Shown here: piece after piece, positions 44,291 to 53,648 of the stretch
Position numbering within the stretch: position 1 is the first letter of the stretch
Layout: each line of letters opens with the position of its first letter
Source of the DNA: Candidatus Peregrinibacteria bacterium GW2011_GWC2_39_14
GTDB lineage: Bacteria; Patescibacteriota; Gracilibacteria; UBA1369; UBA12463
Reading direction: 5' to 3'
Length of the DNA stretch: 64,000 nt
NCBI GenBank assembly: GCA_000993595.1
Contig: LBWJ01000007.1
Location: forward strand, 32,172-96,171
Notes under the pieces: model-generated
What the model saw: the letters and a program-made list of their open reading frames with translations, nothing else
Database searches by the model: none
Told to the model about the DNA's origin: nothing
Translations under genes and position numbers: made by a program

Positions 44291-44895
44291 TCCAAGTCTT
44301 TTAAAATGAAATTTCCCTCTGCGTCGCATAAATATATAAAAGCTCCAGTTGTTTCGTGTTTACCTACTGGCGTTAGTATTTTTGTGCTAAATGCATATTT
44401 TAAAGCTTCCTTTGTGGTCGCTTCTGTTCCATATGTCATTTTACCTGTAGCTTTGAGCGGAAAATGCCATATTTTCTGGCCATTAGGTAGCGTTCTAAGT
44501 GGCATGGTTTCGTCTCTTACAGTTGTGACATCGGAAGCATTTGGTGTTTCGCTTGCACTTGGAAGTGCGTCTGAAGGTGCTTTTGTTTTTGTTCCCGATA
44601 AAATAAGATTGCCTTGTTCGTCGCATAAAACGATTGGCCTTGGATTTTCTTGAGTTTTACCTATTGTGATTAATTTTCCGGTTTGTACTGCTTCAACTTC
44701 TGCAAATCCATGTGTCAAAACTTCCATTGCGCTTGCGTATCTTCCAAAAATTGTTCCGCCTCTTCTTGGATGGTTAAATTTCCAGACCGTACCTTTTCCG
44801 GTTTCTAAAGAAAGTGTTGATTTAGGTTGTACCGGTCCTTGTATTTGTCTGTATTCTTGTGTGCCTTCGTCGTCTAAAAGAAATGCTTTTTCCAT
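44281..44895 (-). CDS. Hypothetical protein, two copies of a (W/F)(K/H)F...CDxxGNxIL module
   Basis: 204 aa. The halves TVWKFNHPRRGG...RPIVLCDEQGNLIL and KIWHFPLKATGK...AFIYLCDAEGNFIL align with each other and with ORF 45021-45278. A consensus promoter lies upstream. Confidence 0.6.
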   Translation of the reverse strand: MEKAFLLDDEGTQEYRQIQGPVQPKSTLSLETGKGTVWKFNHPRRGGTIFGRYASAMEVLTHGFAEVEAVQTGKLITIGKTQENPRPIVLCDEQGNLILSGTKTKAPSDALPSASETPNASDVTTVRDETMPLRTLPNGQKIWHFPLKATGKMTYGTEATTKEALKYAFSTKILTPVGKHETTGAFIYLCDAEGNFILKDLEEY

Positions 44896-44931
44896 GATAT
44901 TTTTGTTAAGTGTATTTTATAAAGGAATATC

Positions 44932-44959
44932 ATTATACATGAGTAGATTTTTTTGTCAA
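44932..44959 (-). promoter_or_regulatory. Consensus promoter of ORF 44281-44895
   Basis: Minus strand TTGACA (44959-44954), 16-nt spacer, TATAAT (44937-44932). Confidence 0.6.
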
Positions 44960-45020
44960 TACTAAACTGCAGATTTTAGTAAATCGATTAAAATAATAAA
45001 GATAATTTTGCTTTCGCGTT

Positions 45021-45278
45021 TTATTGAATGAGTACTCCGTTTGCGTCGCATGAAACTATTGGATGCATGTCTTCGCCTATAGTTAATATTGATATTCCGT
45101 TCGACATTTCGTCTACAATTGCTCTTCGTCCGCAGATTGGTCCTTTTTCTCCCTCTCCAAATTTAAAAACTCTGCCGTGCTCCGTGTCTTTGAATGGAAG
45201 AGTCTCTAGTCTTACTCTGGTGTCACCGATACGTTCCATTGTTTGATCGTCTCCATCTCCCAGATGTGGTGCATTCAT
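45021..45278 (-). CDS. Hypothetical protein, single copy of the same module
   Basis: 85 aa. RVFKFGEGEKGP...HPIVSCDANGVLI. A TTGACG-N16-TATGAT promoter lies upstream. Confidence 0.55.
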   Translation of the reverse strand: MNAPHLGDGDDQTMERIGDTRVRLETLPFKDTEHGRVFKFGEGEKGPICGRRAIVDEMSNGISILTIGEDMHPIVSCDANGVLIQ

Positions 45279-45313
45279 AGTGTTTTGGTTAGGTTATAAA
45301 TAAAACCGACTTT

Positions 45314-45341
45314 ATCATACATAACGGTACGGGTTCGTCAA
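45314..45341 (-). promoter_or_regulatory. Promoter of ORF 45021-45278
   Basis: Minus strand TTGACG (45341-45336), 16-nt spacer, TATGAT (45319-45314). Confidence 0.55.
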
Positions 45342-45349
45342 TGTTGTCC

Positions 45350-45379
45350 TTGACAAAGTGAAATATTTTATTATATAAT
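45350..45379 (+). promoter_or_regulatory. Promoter of ORF 45427, back-to-back with the previous one
   Basis: TTGACA (45350-45355), 18-nt spacer, TATAAT (45374-45379). The two -35 boxes are only 8 nt apart on opposite strands. Confidence 0.55.
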
Positions 45380-45426
45380 TCGATCCAAATTATAATTTTA
45401 ACCAAAATAATACGTCAGATGTAAAA

Positions 45427-46095
45427 GTGATTAGCGCACCAAAAGGTCCTGGGTATTCTGTAGCGGATATAGAGACTGCTGTTATGAATGCAGGCTTGGA
45501 TTCTGGTCTCGGAGCAGAAATTCAACGATTCCTTGAGGACGATGGTTCTGATGATGGGCGTGATTGCTTAGAGGGGGATGATGACGTTAGTGGCACTGCT
45601 CCATCTTCAAGAGATGAAAACGATGGTAGTGGCGATTATGTTGAATTTATAGACGACAGTAGCGCTACTAGTTTATCGAAAATTTTGATGGGCGAACTTA
45701 ATACAATAGTTGACGAGTTATTGCCAAATGAAAATGATCAATTTACCGTTGATGATGATGGTTTTGATGTAGTTCCTGCTGATCGTTATGAAGAAATGTT
45801 GGATGGTGTAACAAGAGCAAAGGCTTTGGTAAAATTTGCCAATGAATTGAGCAAAGTTATTGCTGGCGCAGAAGAATATTCTTTATTTGTTGATTATATG
45901 GGGCAATTTATTCACCAATGCCATGAAGCTTTAGGTGAAGATTCTATGGAATATGAATCAGCAGAAGTTGCTTTAGCTAGATTTGGTTTAAATATGCGTC
46001 CGGATACAACGGTTGCAGATGTTAATAAAAATGCTGCGGCTCGCGCAAGAGGTTGTTGGATGGAAGATGCTCCTAGCGATGAAGATGGTGGATGA
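45427..46095 (+). CDS. Hypothetical acidic protein
   Basis: 222 aa with a GTG start (an in-frame ATG at codon 20 is an alternative). The N-terminal half is Asp/Glu/Gly-rich. A TTGACA-N18-TATAAT promoter lies upstream. No family recognised. Confidence 0.5.
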   Translation: MISAPKGPGYSVADIETAVMNAGLDSGLGAEIQRFLEDDGSDDGRDCLEGDDDVSGTAPSSRDENDGSGDYVEFIDDSSATSLSKILMGELNTIVDELLPNENDQFTVDDDGFDVVPADRYEEMLDGVTRAKALVKFANELSKVIAGAEEYSLFVDYMGQFIHQCHEALGEDSMEYESAEVALARFGLNMRPDTTVADVNKNAAARARGCWMEDAPSDEDGG

Positions 46096-46099
46096 TTTT

Positions 46100-46510
46100 T
46101 TATCTTTGCGCCAAATTCGATTCCGCTCTAATAAAAGTGATTCGGCTTTCATTAAGCTTTACCATTGTTTTTGCTCTGCGGCTTAAAAGTAAGCTGTCCG
46201 CAGATTGTGCACTGGCGAGTTTTCCGCCGATGACGTCGTTTTCGCGAATTAAAGTTTGCCTTTCGGCTTCAAGTTGTTTGACGATGTAGCCTTTTGTGAC
46301 GCCTTTTCCTGCAAAGAAAAGAGTCATCATTGTAATCAATGCGATGAATAATATGAAAGAGGCGATTAATAACCCTGAATTAATTTCAAATTTTATGCTT
46401 GGAATTTCTGTGATACTGGCTTGCAATGGGTTTTGCACTTCTCTTTCTCTGCTTTTTCGTGCGATTTGCCAGTCGTATCTAAGATACTGTTTGTGGGGGG
46501 TTGCGTTCAT
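46100..46510 (-). CDS. ftsL: FtsL-like cell division protein (bitopic)
   Basis: 136 aa. One TM helix (LLIASFILFIALITMMTLFF), then a coiled coil (IVKQLEAERQTLIRENDVIGGKL). It lies directly downstream of rsmH, as in dcw clusters. The assignment rests on position and architecture only. Confidence 0.6.
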   Translation of the reverse strand: MNATPHKQYLRYDWQIARKSREREVQNPLQASITEIPSIKFEINSGLLIASFILFIALITMMTLFFAGKGVTKGYIVKQLEAERQTLIRENDVIGGKLASAQSADSLLLSRRAKTMVKLNESRITFIRAESNLAQR

Positions 46511-46563
46511 TTTACCAATAAATTACGGATTGTATTTGTTTTTCCATTGTATTTCTTGGCGCA

Positions 46564-47541
46564 TTACAGGCGCTCTGCGGCTCTGAGGAGAGCACTTCTT
46601 GATCGAGGATTTTCATTAATTTCATCTTCAGATGGCCGATCAGGTTTTTTTGTGAGAATTTTAAGAGTTGGTTCATGTTTACACTGACAAATTAATATTT
46701 CGATGGGACATATGCATTCTTTTTCTTGGAGTTTTAAGAAATGTTTTACGATTCGATCTTCGAGAGAGTGGTATGAAATGACTACCAATCTTCCGTTTTT
46801 CTTTAGTATATTTACCGTTTGCGGTAAAACATTTTTTAGAACCTCAAGTTCGTCGTTTACGGCTATTCTTAGTGCTTGAAAGATCTGTGTTGCTGGATGA
46901 ATGTGTGAGTGGCGTTCATGTGGGCGAACTTCTTCAATCAAATCTGCGAGCTCTTTTGTTGTTGTAATGGGATTTAATTTTCTTTGGATGGCGATTGCGC
47001 TTGCGATTCTGAATGCATATTTTTCTTCACCATAATTTCGGAAAATATCTGTTAATTCTTGAACTTCTAATCTATTGATAAGGTCTGCGGCTGTTTTTTG
47101 TGTTAAATCAGAGCTAAATCGCATATCCAACGGTTCGTCTTTTCTGAATGAGAATCCGCGATTTTCAAGGTCAAAGTGTGAGGAGCAGAGTCCAAGATCC
47201 ATGAGGATTCCATCTACTTTTGGGAGTTTGTGTTTTTTGAATTCTTGTTCAAGAAATTCAAAATTTTGATGGATATAAGTTATATTTTTATATTTTTTAA
47301 GGTTTTCCTTTGCGATTTTTAAGTTTTGCGCATCTTGTTCAAATGCAATAAGGTGACCTTTTGGTCCAACTTTTTCTAGAATATCGCCGGAATGTCCACC
47401 AAGTCCAAGCGTCAAATCCACTGCAATGTTTCCTTTTTTTAAATTGAGATACTTTTGCACTAATTTTCGAAGAACAGGTGAATGCGTTATTTTGTTATCC
47501 ATATGCTCATTTTTGTCAGCGTTTCTGTTAGGGGTGTTCAA
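46564..47541 (-). CDS. rsmH: 16S rRNA (cytosine1402-N4)-methyltransferase RsmH
   Basis: 325 aa. HSPVLRKLV...VDLTLGLGGHS...DLGLCSSHFD...RGFSFRKDEPLDMR...SYHSLEDRIVK. Confidence 0.93.
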   Translation of the reverse strand: MNTPNRNADKNEHMDNKITHSPVLRKLVQKYLNLKKGNIAVDLTLGLGGHSGDILEKVGPKGHLIAFEQDAQNLKIAKENLKKYKNITYIHQNFEFLEQEFKKHKLPKVDGILMDLGLCSSHFDLENRGFSFRKDEPLDMRFSSDLTQKTAADLINRLEVQELTDIFRNYGEEKYAFRIASAIAIQRKLNPITTTKELADLIEEVRPHERHSHIHPATQIFQALRIAVNDELEVLKNVLPQTVNILKKNGRLVVISYHSLEDRIVKHFLKLQEKECICPIEILICQCKHEPTLKILTKKPDRPSEDEINENPRSRSALLRAAERL

Positions 47542-47590
47542 AACTTGTGTACGAATTGTGTATAACTTTTTTATACGCTACTTCTTGATA

Positions 47591-47619
47591 AATTTATTCC
47601 GAAATCGTGTAGCAGTCAA
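47591..47619 (-). promoter_or_regulatory. Candidate rsmH promoter
   Basis: Minus strand TTGACT (47619-47614), 17-nt spacer, TAAATT (47596-47591). Confidence 0.45.
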
Positions 47620-47759
47620 ACGTATTATTTAAAAGCGGAATAATTTTTGTGTTCATAATCGACTAGTCGTGGTTGATTAGGTCTACCGTAAGCCAGAATA
47701 TGAGTTATAGAAAATTAATTGCGGAACAGGGGAGTTGTTGTATAACTTTTGTGAACAAG

Positions 47760-47788
47760 TTGCACGTTTATAGCGCGTGGATTAAGAT
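47760..47788 (+). promoter_or_regulatory. Candidate promoter of membrane protein gene 47795
   Basis: TTGCAC (47760-47765), 17-nt spacer, TAAGAT (47783-47788). The ATG is 6 nt downstream, which would make the mRNA leaderless. Confidence 0.4.
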
Positions 47789-47794
47789 GTATTT

Positions 47795-48277
47795 ATGCAA
47801 ATGCTTTATCCTTATTTTTGGATATTTTTTGGGTCAATGTTACCTGTTTTGGAGCTCCGTGGCGCGATTCCGATTGGAATAGAGCGCTTTCATTTGCCGA
47901 TTTTTGCGGTTTATATTTTGGCGGTTTTGGGATGTATGGCGCCGATTTTGATTGTTTTAAAAGTCCTTGGGCCGATTAGTGATTTTTTAATGAAAAGAGT
48001 TGGATTTATAAATAAAATTTTGACCGCAATTTTCGATCATACGAGAAAAAAATATGGAAGCAAAATGAATAGTTTTGGTACTGCTTTGGTTTTATTTATC
48101 GCAATTATTCCGGTGCCTTTTATTGGTGGCGCATGGACTGCGGCGCTTATTGCTTTTGTTTTTGGGATTAAGTATTGGCGTTCCGTATTTTTTATTTTTG
48201 TTGGGACGATTATCCAAGGCTTGATTGTGATTGCCGGCATGTATTCTTTTAGCGCGATTTGGCGGTTGTTTTTTTAA
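47795..48277 (+). CDS. Small multi-TM membrane protein (COG2426 / small multidrug export-like family)
   Basis: 160 aa with 4-5 TM helices. The LPVLELRGAIPIG motif near the N terminus is what I recall as typical of the Sm_multidrug_ex family. Recognition is from memory. Confidence 0.55.
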   Translation: MQMLYPYFWIFFGSMLPVLELRGAIPIGIERFHLPIFAVYILAVLGCMAPILIVLKVLGPISDFLMKRVGFINKILTAIFDHTRKKYGSKMNSFGTALVLFIAIIPVPFIGGAWTAALIAFVFGIKYWRSVFFIFVGTIIQGLIVIAGMYSFSAIWRLFF

Positions 48278-48296
48278 ATTCTGAGCTCATTTGCTA

Positions 48297-48325
48297 TTGA
48301 CATACGGTTGATTGTTTGTTTTAAT
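48297..48325 (+). promoter_or_regulatory. Promoter of ORF 48352
   Basis: TTGACA (48297-48302), 17-nt spacer, TTTAAT (48320-48325). Confidence 0.5.
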
Positions 48326-48351
48326 GTATTACCAATAATTAAAATTTAAAA

Positions 48352-49392
48352 ATGGCTGAATTTGAACCAGAACTAAATTTAGATATAGACGTCCTGGGAT
48401 ATAAAGGCAAAAATAGAAGGCATTCTGCAAATGGCCCTGCTGAGGACTTAGCTGGCTTTGTTAATCGCATTGTTCGTGATAGCGTTGTTGCTAATAAAGT
48501 TGGTAAAGAAAGGGATAGGGCAATTGATTTGGCTTCTAGAAATTCAAGCAAGCTTCCGTCAGAGATTGAGCAATTAGCTAGAAAAGATTTTTTGCGTGCT
48601 GTTGATAATTCTTTAAAAAATATGCAAAGCATTGTTGATGCTGAATTTGCTGATGGCGATAGCGATCGCAGTGTTGACGATCTATTCATTGAGAAGAGAA
48701 GATATTTAAGAGCTTTGGCTTTAGCTGTTAAAAGAACAATAGTTTTTGCATTAGATAGGGACGCTGTAGACGCCAAAGGAGATGCGGTTGGCACTTCTTC
48801 AAATGACGTCATTGTAGCAATGCTTTCAAGGACTCCTTATTCTCAGTTTGCAGATGATGCCGGATTTATTAATACCGTTAAGTCTGTAGCTTCCGGTGTT
48901 CGCAGGGCTGCTGATTGCGTTGATGCTCATTATTTTCCGTGTTTAAGCCTTTTTCAAGCGGTTATGGACGATTTTAAATCCGGAAAAAGGCCAAAAGAGG
49001 ATGCGGAACATTTTATACGCGAAATGTTGATGTCAATTTATTTATTTGTTGTTTATGGGCATGACGGGAAAGATAGATGGTCTGCTGATATTAGACATGT
49101 TGTTAGTGATGCTAATGTTAGGGATTTAACTAACGCTCTTCTACGTGCTGATAATTCCACAGTTATATTTAATATATTTTTACCGGGAAATACTACGCAA
49201 GGACTTAAGGCTATTTCGGTTAAATATTCTAATAATCAAGACTCTGGAGTTTCTATTAGTTTAGAGCTTAGGGGAGATTTTGAGCCTGATTTAAGAGCGA
49301 GATTTGATAGGCTTCATGATGAGCCTGCACAGTTTTATAAAAGACCATTACCTGAGAAGAAGATTGTTAGCGCTGATACTCCCGCTTCTTAA
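48352..49392 (+). CDS. Hypothetical protein
   Basis: 346 aa. A TTGACA-N17-TTTAAT promoter lies upstream. Its 3' end overlaps the tsaC 3' end convergently by 45 nt. No family recognised. Confidence 0.55.
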   Translation: MAEFEPELNLDIDVLGYKGKNRRHSANGPAEDLAGFVNRIVRDSVVANKVGKERDRAIDLASRNSSKLPSEIEQLARKDFLRAVDNSLKNMQSIVDAEFADGDSDRSVDDLFIEKRRYLRALALAVKRTIVFALDRDAVDAKGDAVGTSSNDVIVAMLSRTPYSQFADDAGFINTVKSVASGVRRAADCVDAHYFPCLSLFQAVMDDFKSGKRPKEDAEHFIREMLMSIYLFVVYGHDGKDRWSADIRHVVSDANVRDLTNALLRADNSTVIFNIFLPGNTTQGLKAISVKYSNNQDSGVSISLELRGDFEPDLRARFDRLHDEPAQFYKRPLPEKKIVSADTPAS

Positions 49393-50001
49393 AATTTTTA
49401 TTTCATTCTTTTCTATCGCGACGATTGTTGAGGGTTTGCGTTTTGGTATGCTTTCGGAATCAAGAATTGAGTCTGGAAGAAGTGAGTTTTTTGGTGCGGA
49501 TTTTAAGAACGTGTTGACTGAATAAGATTCTTTCTGGCCGGAAATATTTGCGCTTGTTGTGATGAGTGGGAGTTTATATGCGCGCAGAATTTTTTGCGTT
49601 AATTCATGAGCGGGACAGCGGATTCCGATTGTTTCTGAGCTTGGATTGAGGAATTTTGGGAGTGAGGATTTGCGTTGAACGATTATTGTGAGAGGGCCTG
49701 GCCAATATTTTTTTGCGAGTTTTTTGGCGAGAGCGTTGAATTCTCCATATTTTTGCGCTTGAGTTAAATTTGCAACCATTATACTGGAAGGTTTTTTTGC
49801 GTCCATTTTTTTGATTTTGTATAAACGTGAAATGGCTTTTTTGTTTAATGCATCGCACGCAAAGCCATAGCATGTTTCTGTCGCATGCATTATCGTTTCA
49901 CCTTTTTTTAAGGCCGTTATTGTTTTTTGGATGAGGTTTTTGATGTTTTGTCCAGTGATTTTTTCTGTTTTCATATGATTTAAGCCTTGAAAGTTTGGCA
50001 T
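49348..50001 (-). CDS. tsaC: L-threonylcarbamoyladenylate synthase (TsaC/YrdC/Sua5 family)
   Basis: 217 aa. ETCYGFACDA...IKKMDAKKPSSIMV...YWPGPLTIIV...IGIRCPAH...PLITTSANISGQ. Confidence 0.88.
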   Translation of the reverse strand: MPNFQGLNHMKTEKITGQNIKNLIQKTITALKKGETIMHATETCYGFACDALNKKAISRLYKIKKMDAKKPSSIMVANLTQAQKYGEFNALAKKLAKKYWPGPLTIIVQRKSSLPKFLNPSSETIGIRCPAHELTQKILRAYKLPLITTSANISGQKESYSVNTFLKSAPKNSLLPDSILDSESIPKRKPSTIVAIEKNEIKILRSGSISANNLLLR

Positions 50002-50015
50002 CTGCTAGATAGAAT
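49987..50015 (+). promoter_or_regulatory. Candidate gap promoter
   Basis: TTGAAA (49987-49992), 17-nt spacer, TAGAAT (50010-50015). The -35 box lies within the first codons of the divergent tsaC gene. Confidence 0.45.
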
Positions 50016-50030
50016 CTTTGCACAATATAA

Positions 50031-51053
<1,023 letters not shown>

Positions 51054-51164
51054 ATTAGAATACCGAAATCCAAAACAAATCAGAAGTACGAAATTAGAAA
51101 TTAGAAAGAATTCCAAATATCAAATTTCAAACAATAAGCTGATTATTAATTAACAAAATAAAAT
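51054..51164. repeat. Purine-rich, AT-rich short-repeat spacer (gap to aldolase)
   Basis: AAATTAGAATACCGAAATCC...GAAATTAGAAATTAGAAAGAATTCCAAATATCAAATTTCAAAC. Confidence 0.5.
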
Positions 51165-52124
51165 ATGGTGAAAGTAGCACAAGAAAGAGATATGTTACAT
51201 TTCTTTCGAAAACTTCATTTTTCAGCAGGGGAATTAGCCAGAATCAGACAGATCATCAGACCAAGTGGGCGCACGATCTTTTTGCCTTATGATCAATTTA
51301 TTGAACATGATTGTAGACATCTTGACGCGGAATCAGATGCCGGAAACGTTGATTACATCATGAAATTGGCAATCGATGCGAAGTTTAACGGAGTTGCTTT
51401 TCATTATGGAATTTCAAAAAGAAATTGGGAAAAATTTGATGGTGCAATGCCTTTGATTTTGAAATTAAATGGCAAAACATCATTTCCATCACAAGCAAAA
51501 CCACTTAGCTCGTTTACGTGTTTTGTTGAAGACGCTGTTCGATTGGGTGCGGTTGCTGTTGGTTATACGATGTATTATGGCTCGCCAAGACAAGATGAAG
51601 ATTTGCCACAGCTTGCCGGTGTTCGAAAAGAATGCGATAAATATGGAATGCCTTTAATTGTTTGGGCTTATCCACGTGGAGAAGCCGTTGATGCAAAAGG
51701 TGGCCCAAATGCTTCTTATGCTCTTGAATCTGCTGCAAGAATGGCCGCAGAAATGGGCGCGACAGTTATCAAGTCAAATCTTCCAAAAGCTGCAAAGCCA
51801 GAATATATGGAAAATACAGGAATTCCTGAATATTATAGAAAAGTTGAAAAAGAATTGCAGGCGATTAAAGGTTCTTTTGAGCAAAAACGTGAACGCGCAA
51901 AAAGAATTGTTAAGGCTGCAAGTGGCGTGCCGGTGCTATTTTCCGGTGGTGAAGAAATCGATTTGAAATCGCTTCGTGAAAATGCACAAGCATGTTTGGA
52001 CGGTGGATGTTTTGGTTTTATTTTTGGAAGAAATATTTGGAAAAGAGATTATAAGACGGCGATGACGTTGACGGCTGAACTTGCTAAATTATTGGATAAT
52101 ACGCCACTGCCGAAAATTCAATAA
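51165..52124 (+). CDS. fbaB: Class I fructose-bisphosphate aldolase, DhnA/FbaB (DeoC/LacD-like) type
   Basis: 319 aa. LPYDQFIEHD, PLILKLNG, VWAYPRGE, TVIKSNLP (candidate Schiff-base Lys), LFSGGEE, GRNIW. It lies between gap and fbp. Specificity versus related ADH-synthase-type enzymes was not resolved. Confidence 0.7.
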   Translation: MVKVAQERDMLHFFRKLHFSAGELARIRQIIRPSGRTIFLPYDQFIEHDCRHLDAESDAGNVDYIMKLAIDAKFNGVAFHYGISKRNWEKFDGAMPLILKLNGKTSFPSQAKPLSSFTCFVEDAVRLGAVAVGYTMYYGSPRQDEDLPQLAGVRKECDKYGMPLIVWAYPRGEAVDAKGGPNASYALESAARMAAEMGATVIKSNLPKAAKPEYMENTGIPEYYRKVEKELQAIKGSFEQKRERAKRIVKAASGVPVLFSGGEEIDLKSLRENAQACLDGGCFGFIFGRNIWKRDYKTAMTLTAELAKLLDNTPLPKIQ

Positions 52125-52142
52125 TCAATAATCAATTTTCAA

Positions 52143-53051
52143 ATGGAATTATTGGAACATCTAAAACAACTTGGAGTTGAAGAAAGATTGAGCGTACTTA
52201 TTTCTAAGCTTGCGGATGCATGTGCTGATATTTCTTGTGTTGTTGAAGCCGGAAAAATGTGCGATAAAGCCGGAACGTGTAATACGTTTGGAGAAGAACA
52301 GCTTGCGCTTGACGTTGCTTCAGATCGCTTGATTTCCAGTGTTTTGGATAAATGTGAAGATGTTGCTGTTTATGCTTCGGAAGAGCTTGAAGAGGAGGTT
52401 AAAACCGGTCATGATGCGCAGGATAATTTTGGCGTTGCTTATGACCCGCTTGACGGTTCTTCGCTTGTTAACGTGAATCTTGCGGTTGGAAGTATTTTTG
52501 GGATTTATAAGTGTGATTCTTTTATTGGCAAAAAAGGCGATGATCAGGAATGCGCAATGATTGCGATTTATGGTCCGCGTACAACGATTGTTTGCGCGAC
52601 AAAGGCCGGAGTGCATGAATATACTTTTTGTGACTCTAAATTTAATTTAACAAAAGAGAATTTGCAGATTGAAAAAGAAGGTAAAACCTTTGCTCCTGGT
52701 AATTTGCGAGCTTGTTTGTATAATCCCGGCTATAGAAATTTGTTCAATTATTGGCTTGATAATCAGTATACGCTTCGATATTCGGGAGGCATGGTGCCTG
52801 ATATAAACCACATTTTATTAAAAGGAAAAGGACTCTTTACATATCCGGGCTATAAAGACATGCCTGATGGAAAGTTGCGTTTGCTTTACGAATGCGCACC
52901 GATGGCGTATATTGTTGAACACGCGGGCGGTAGAGCCACTGATGGCAAGATTCGATTGCTTGAAAAGGCGATTGAAAGTTTGTCTCAGAGGACGCCGATC
53001 TTCATCGGATCGGAAACCGAAGTTATGACCGCGGAAGAAATGCTTAAATAA
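52143..53051 (+). CDS. fbp: Fructose-1,6-bisphosphatase class 1
   Basis: 302 aa. GEEQLALDV, AYDPLDGSS, LRYSGGMVPDINHILLKGKGLFTYPG, GKLRLLYECAPMAYIVEHAGG. Confidence 0.9.
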   Translation: MELLEHLKQLGVEERLSVLISKLADACADISCVVEAGKMCDKAGTCNTFGEEQLALDVASDRLISSVLDKCEDVAVYASEELEEEVKTGHDAQDNFGVAYDPLDGSSLVNVNLAVGSIFGIYKCDSFIGKKGDDQECAMIAIYGPRTTIVCATKAGVHEYTFCDSKFNLTKENLQIEKEGKTFAPGNLRACLYNPGYRNLFNYWLDNQYTLRYSGGMVPDINHILLKGKGLFTYPGYKDMPDGKLRLLYECAPMAYIVEHAGGRATDGKIRLLEKAIESLSQRTPIFIGSETEVMTAEEMLK

Positions 53052-53056
53052 TACAT

Positions 53057-53620
53057 ATGCCGCAAAGCGACGAATTAAAGAAAGAAATCGAACAGCTTGT
53101 CGTGCGTGCGAAAGATGGCGATTCCGCGTCATTTGGGCGTATTTATGACATTATTGCGGATGATATATATAAATATGTGTTTTTTCGTATTTCACATCAG
53201 CAAGATGCGCAGGATTTGACCGAAATGGTGTTCATGAGAGCGTGGGAAAATCTTAAGCGTTATAAAGAAGCTAAGAATTTTACATCTTGGATTTTTAAAA
53301 TCGCGCACAATGCCGTGATTGATCATTATAGGATGAATAAGCACATAGAAGAGCTTACGGAAGACTATATGGACGATAAGCGTGAGCATAGTCCTTTGCA
53401 TAATGCGGAAAGATCTATGGACAATTCGACTTTGAAATATGCAATTGCCGGTTTGAAAGATAAATATAAGCAAATAATTGTTTTGAAATATATAAATGAA
53501 AAGTCAAACGAAGAAATTGCTGAAATTATGAAAAAGAACGAGGGCGCAGTGCGAGTTTTGCAATTTAGGGCTTTGCAAGAACTTAAGCGCAATCTCAAGG
53601 ATATGGGCGTATCGATGTAA
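53057..53620 (+). CDS. ECF-type RNA polymerase sigma factor (sigma-70 family)
   Basis: 187 aa. Region 2 (DAQDLTEMVFMRAWENLKRY...FTSWIFKIAHNAVIDHYR) and region 4 (IIVLKYINEKSNEEIAEIMKKNEGAVRVLQFRALQELK). Confidence 0.88.
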   Translation: MPQSDELKKEIEQLVVRAKDGDSASFGRIYDIIADDIYKYVFFRISHQQDAQDLTEMVFMRAWENLKRYKEAKNFTSWIFKIAHNAVIDHYRMNKHIEELTEDYMDDKREHSPLHNAERSMDNSTLKYAIAGLKDKYKQIIVLKYINEKSNEEIAEIMKKNEGAVRVLQFRALQELKRNLKDMGVSM

Positions 53621-53648
53621 CAAAAGGCCTTTAATGACGTTTGAATAA

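Noticed and set aside
47600-47794. Riboswitch (guanidine or fluoride class) upstream of the small multidrug-export-like membrane protein gene
   Set aside because: I could not find the conserved cores I remember for the ykkC, mini-ykkC (paired ACGR loops) or crcB motifs. The predicted promoter also leaves essentially no leader.
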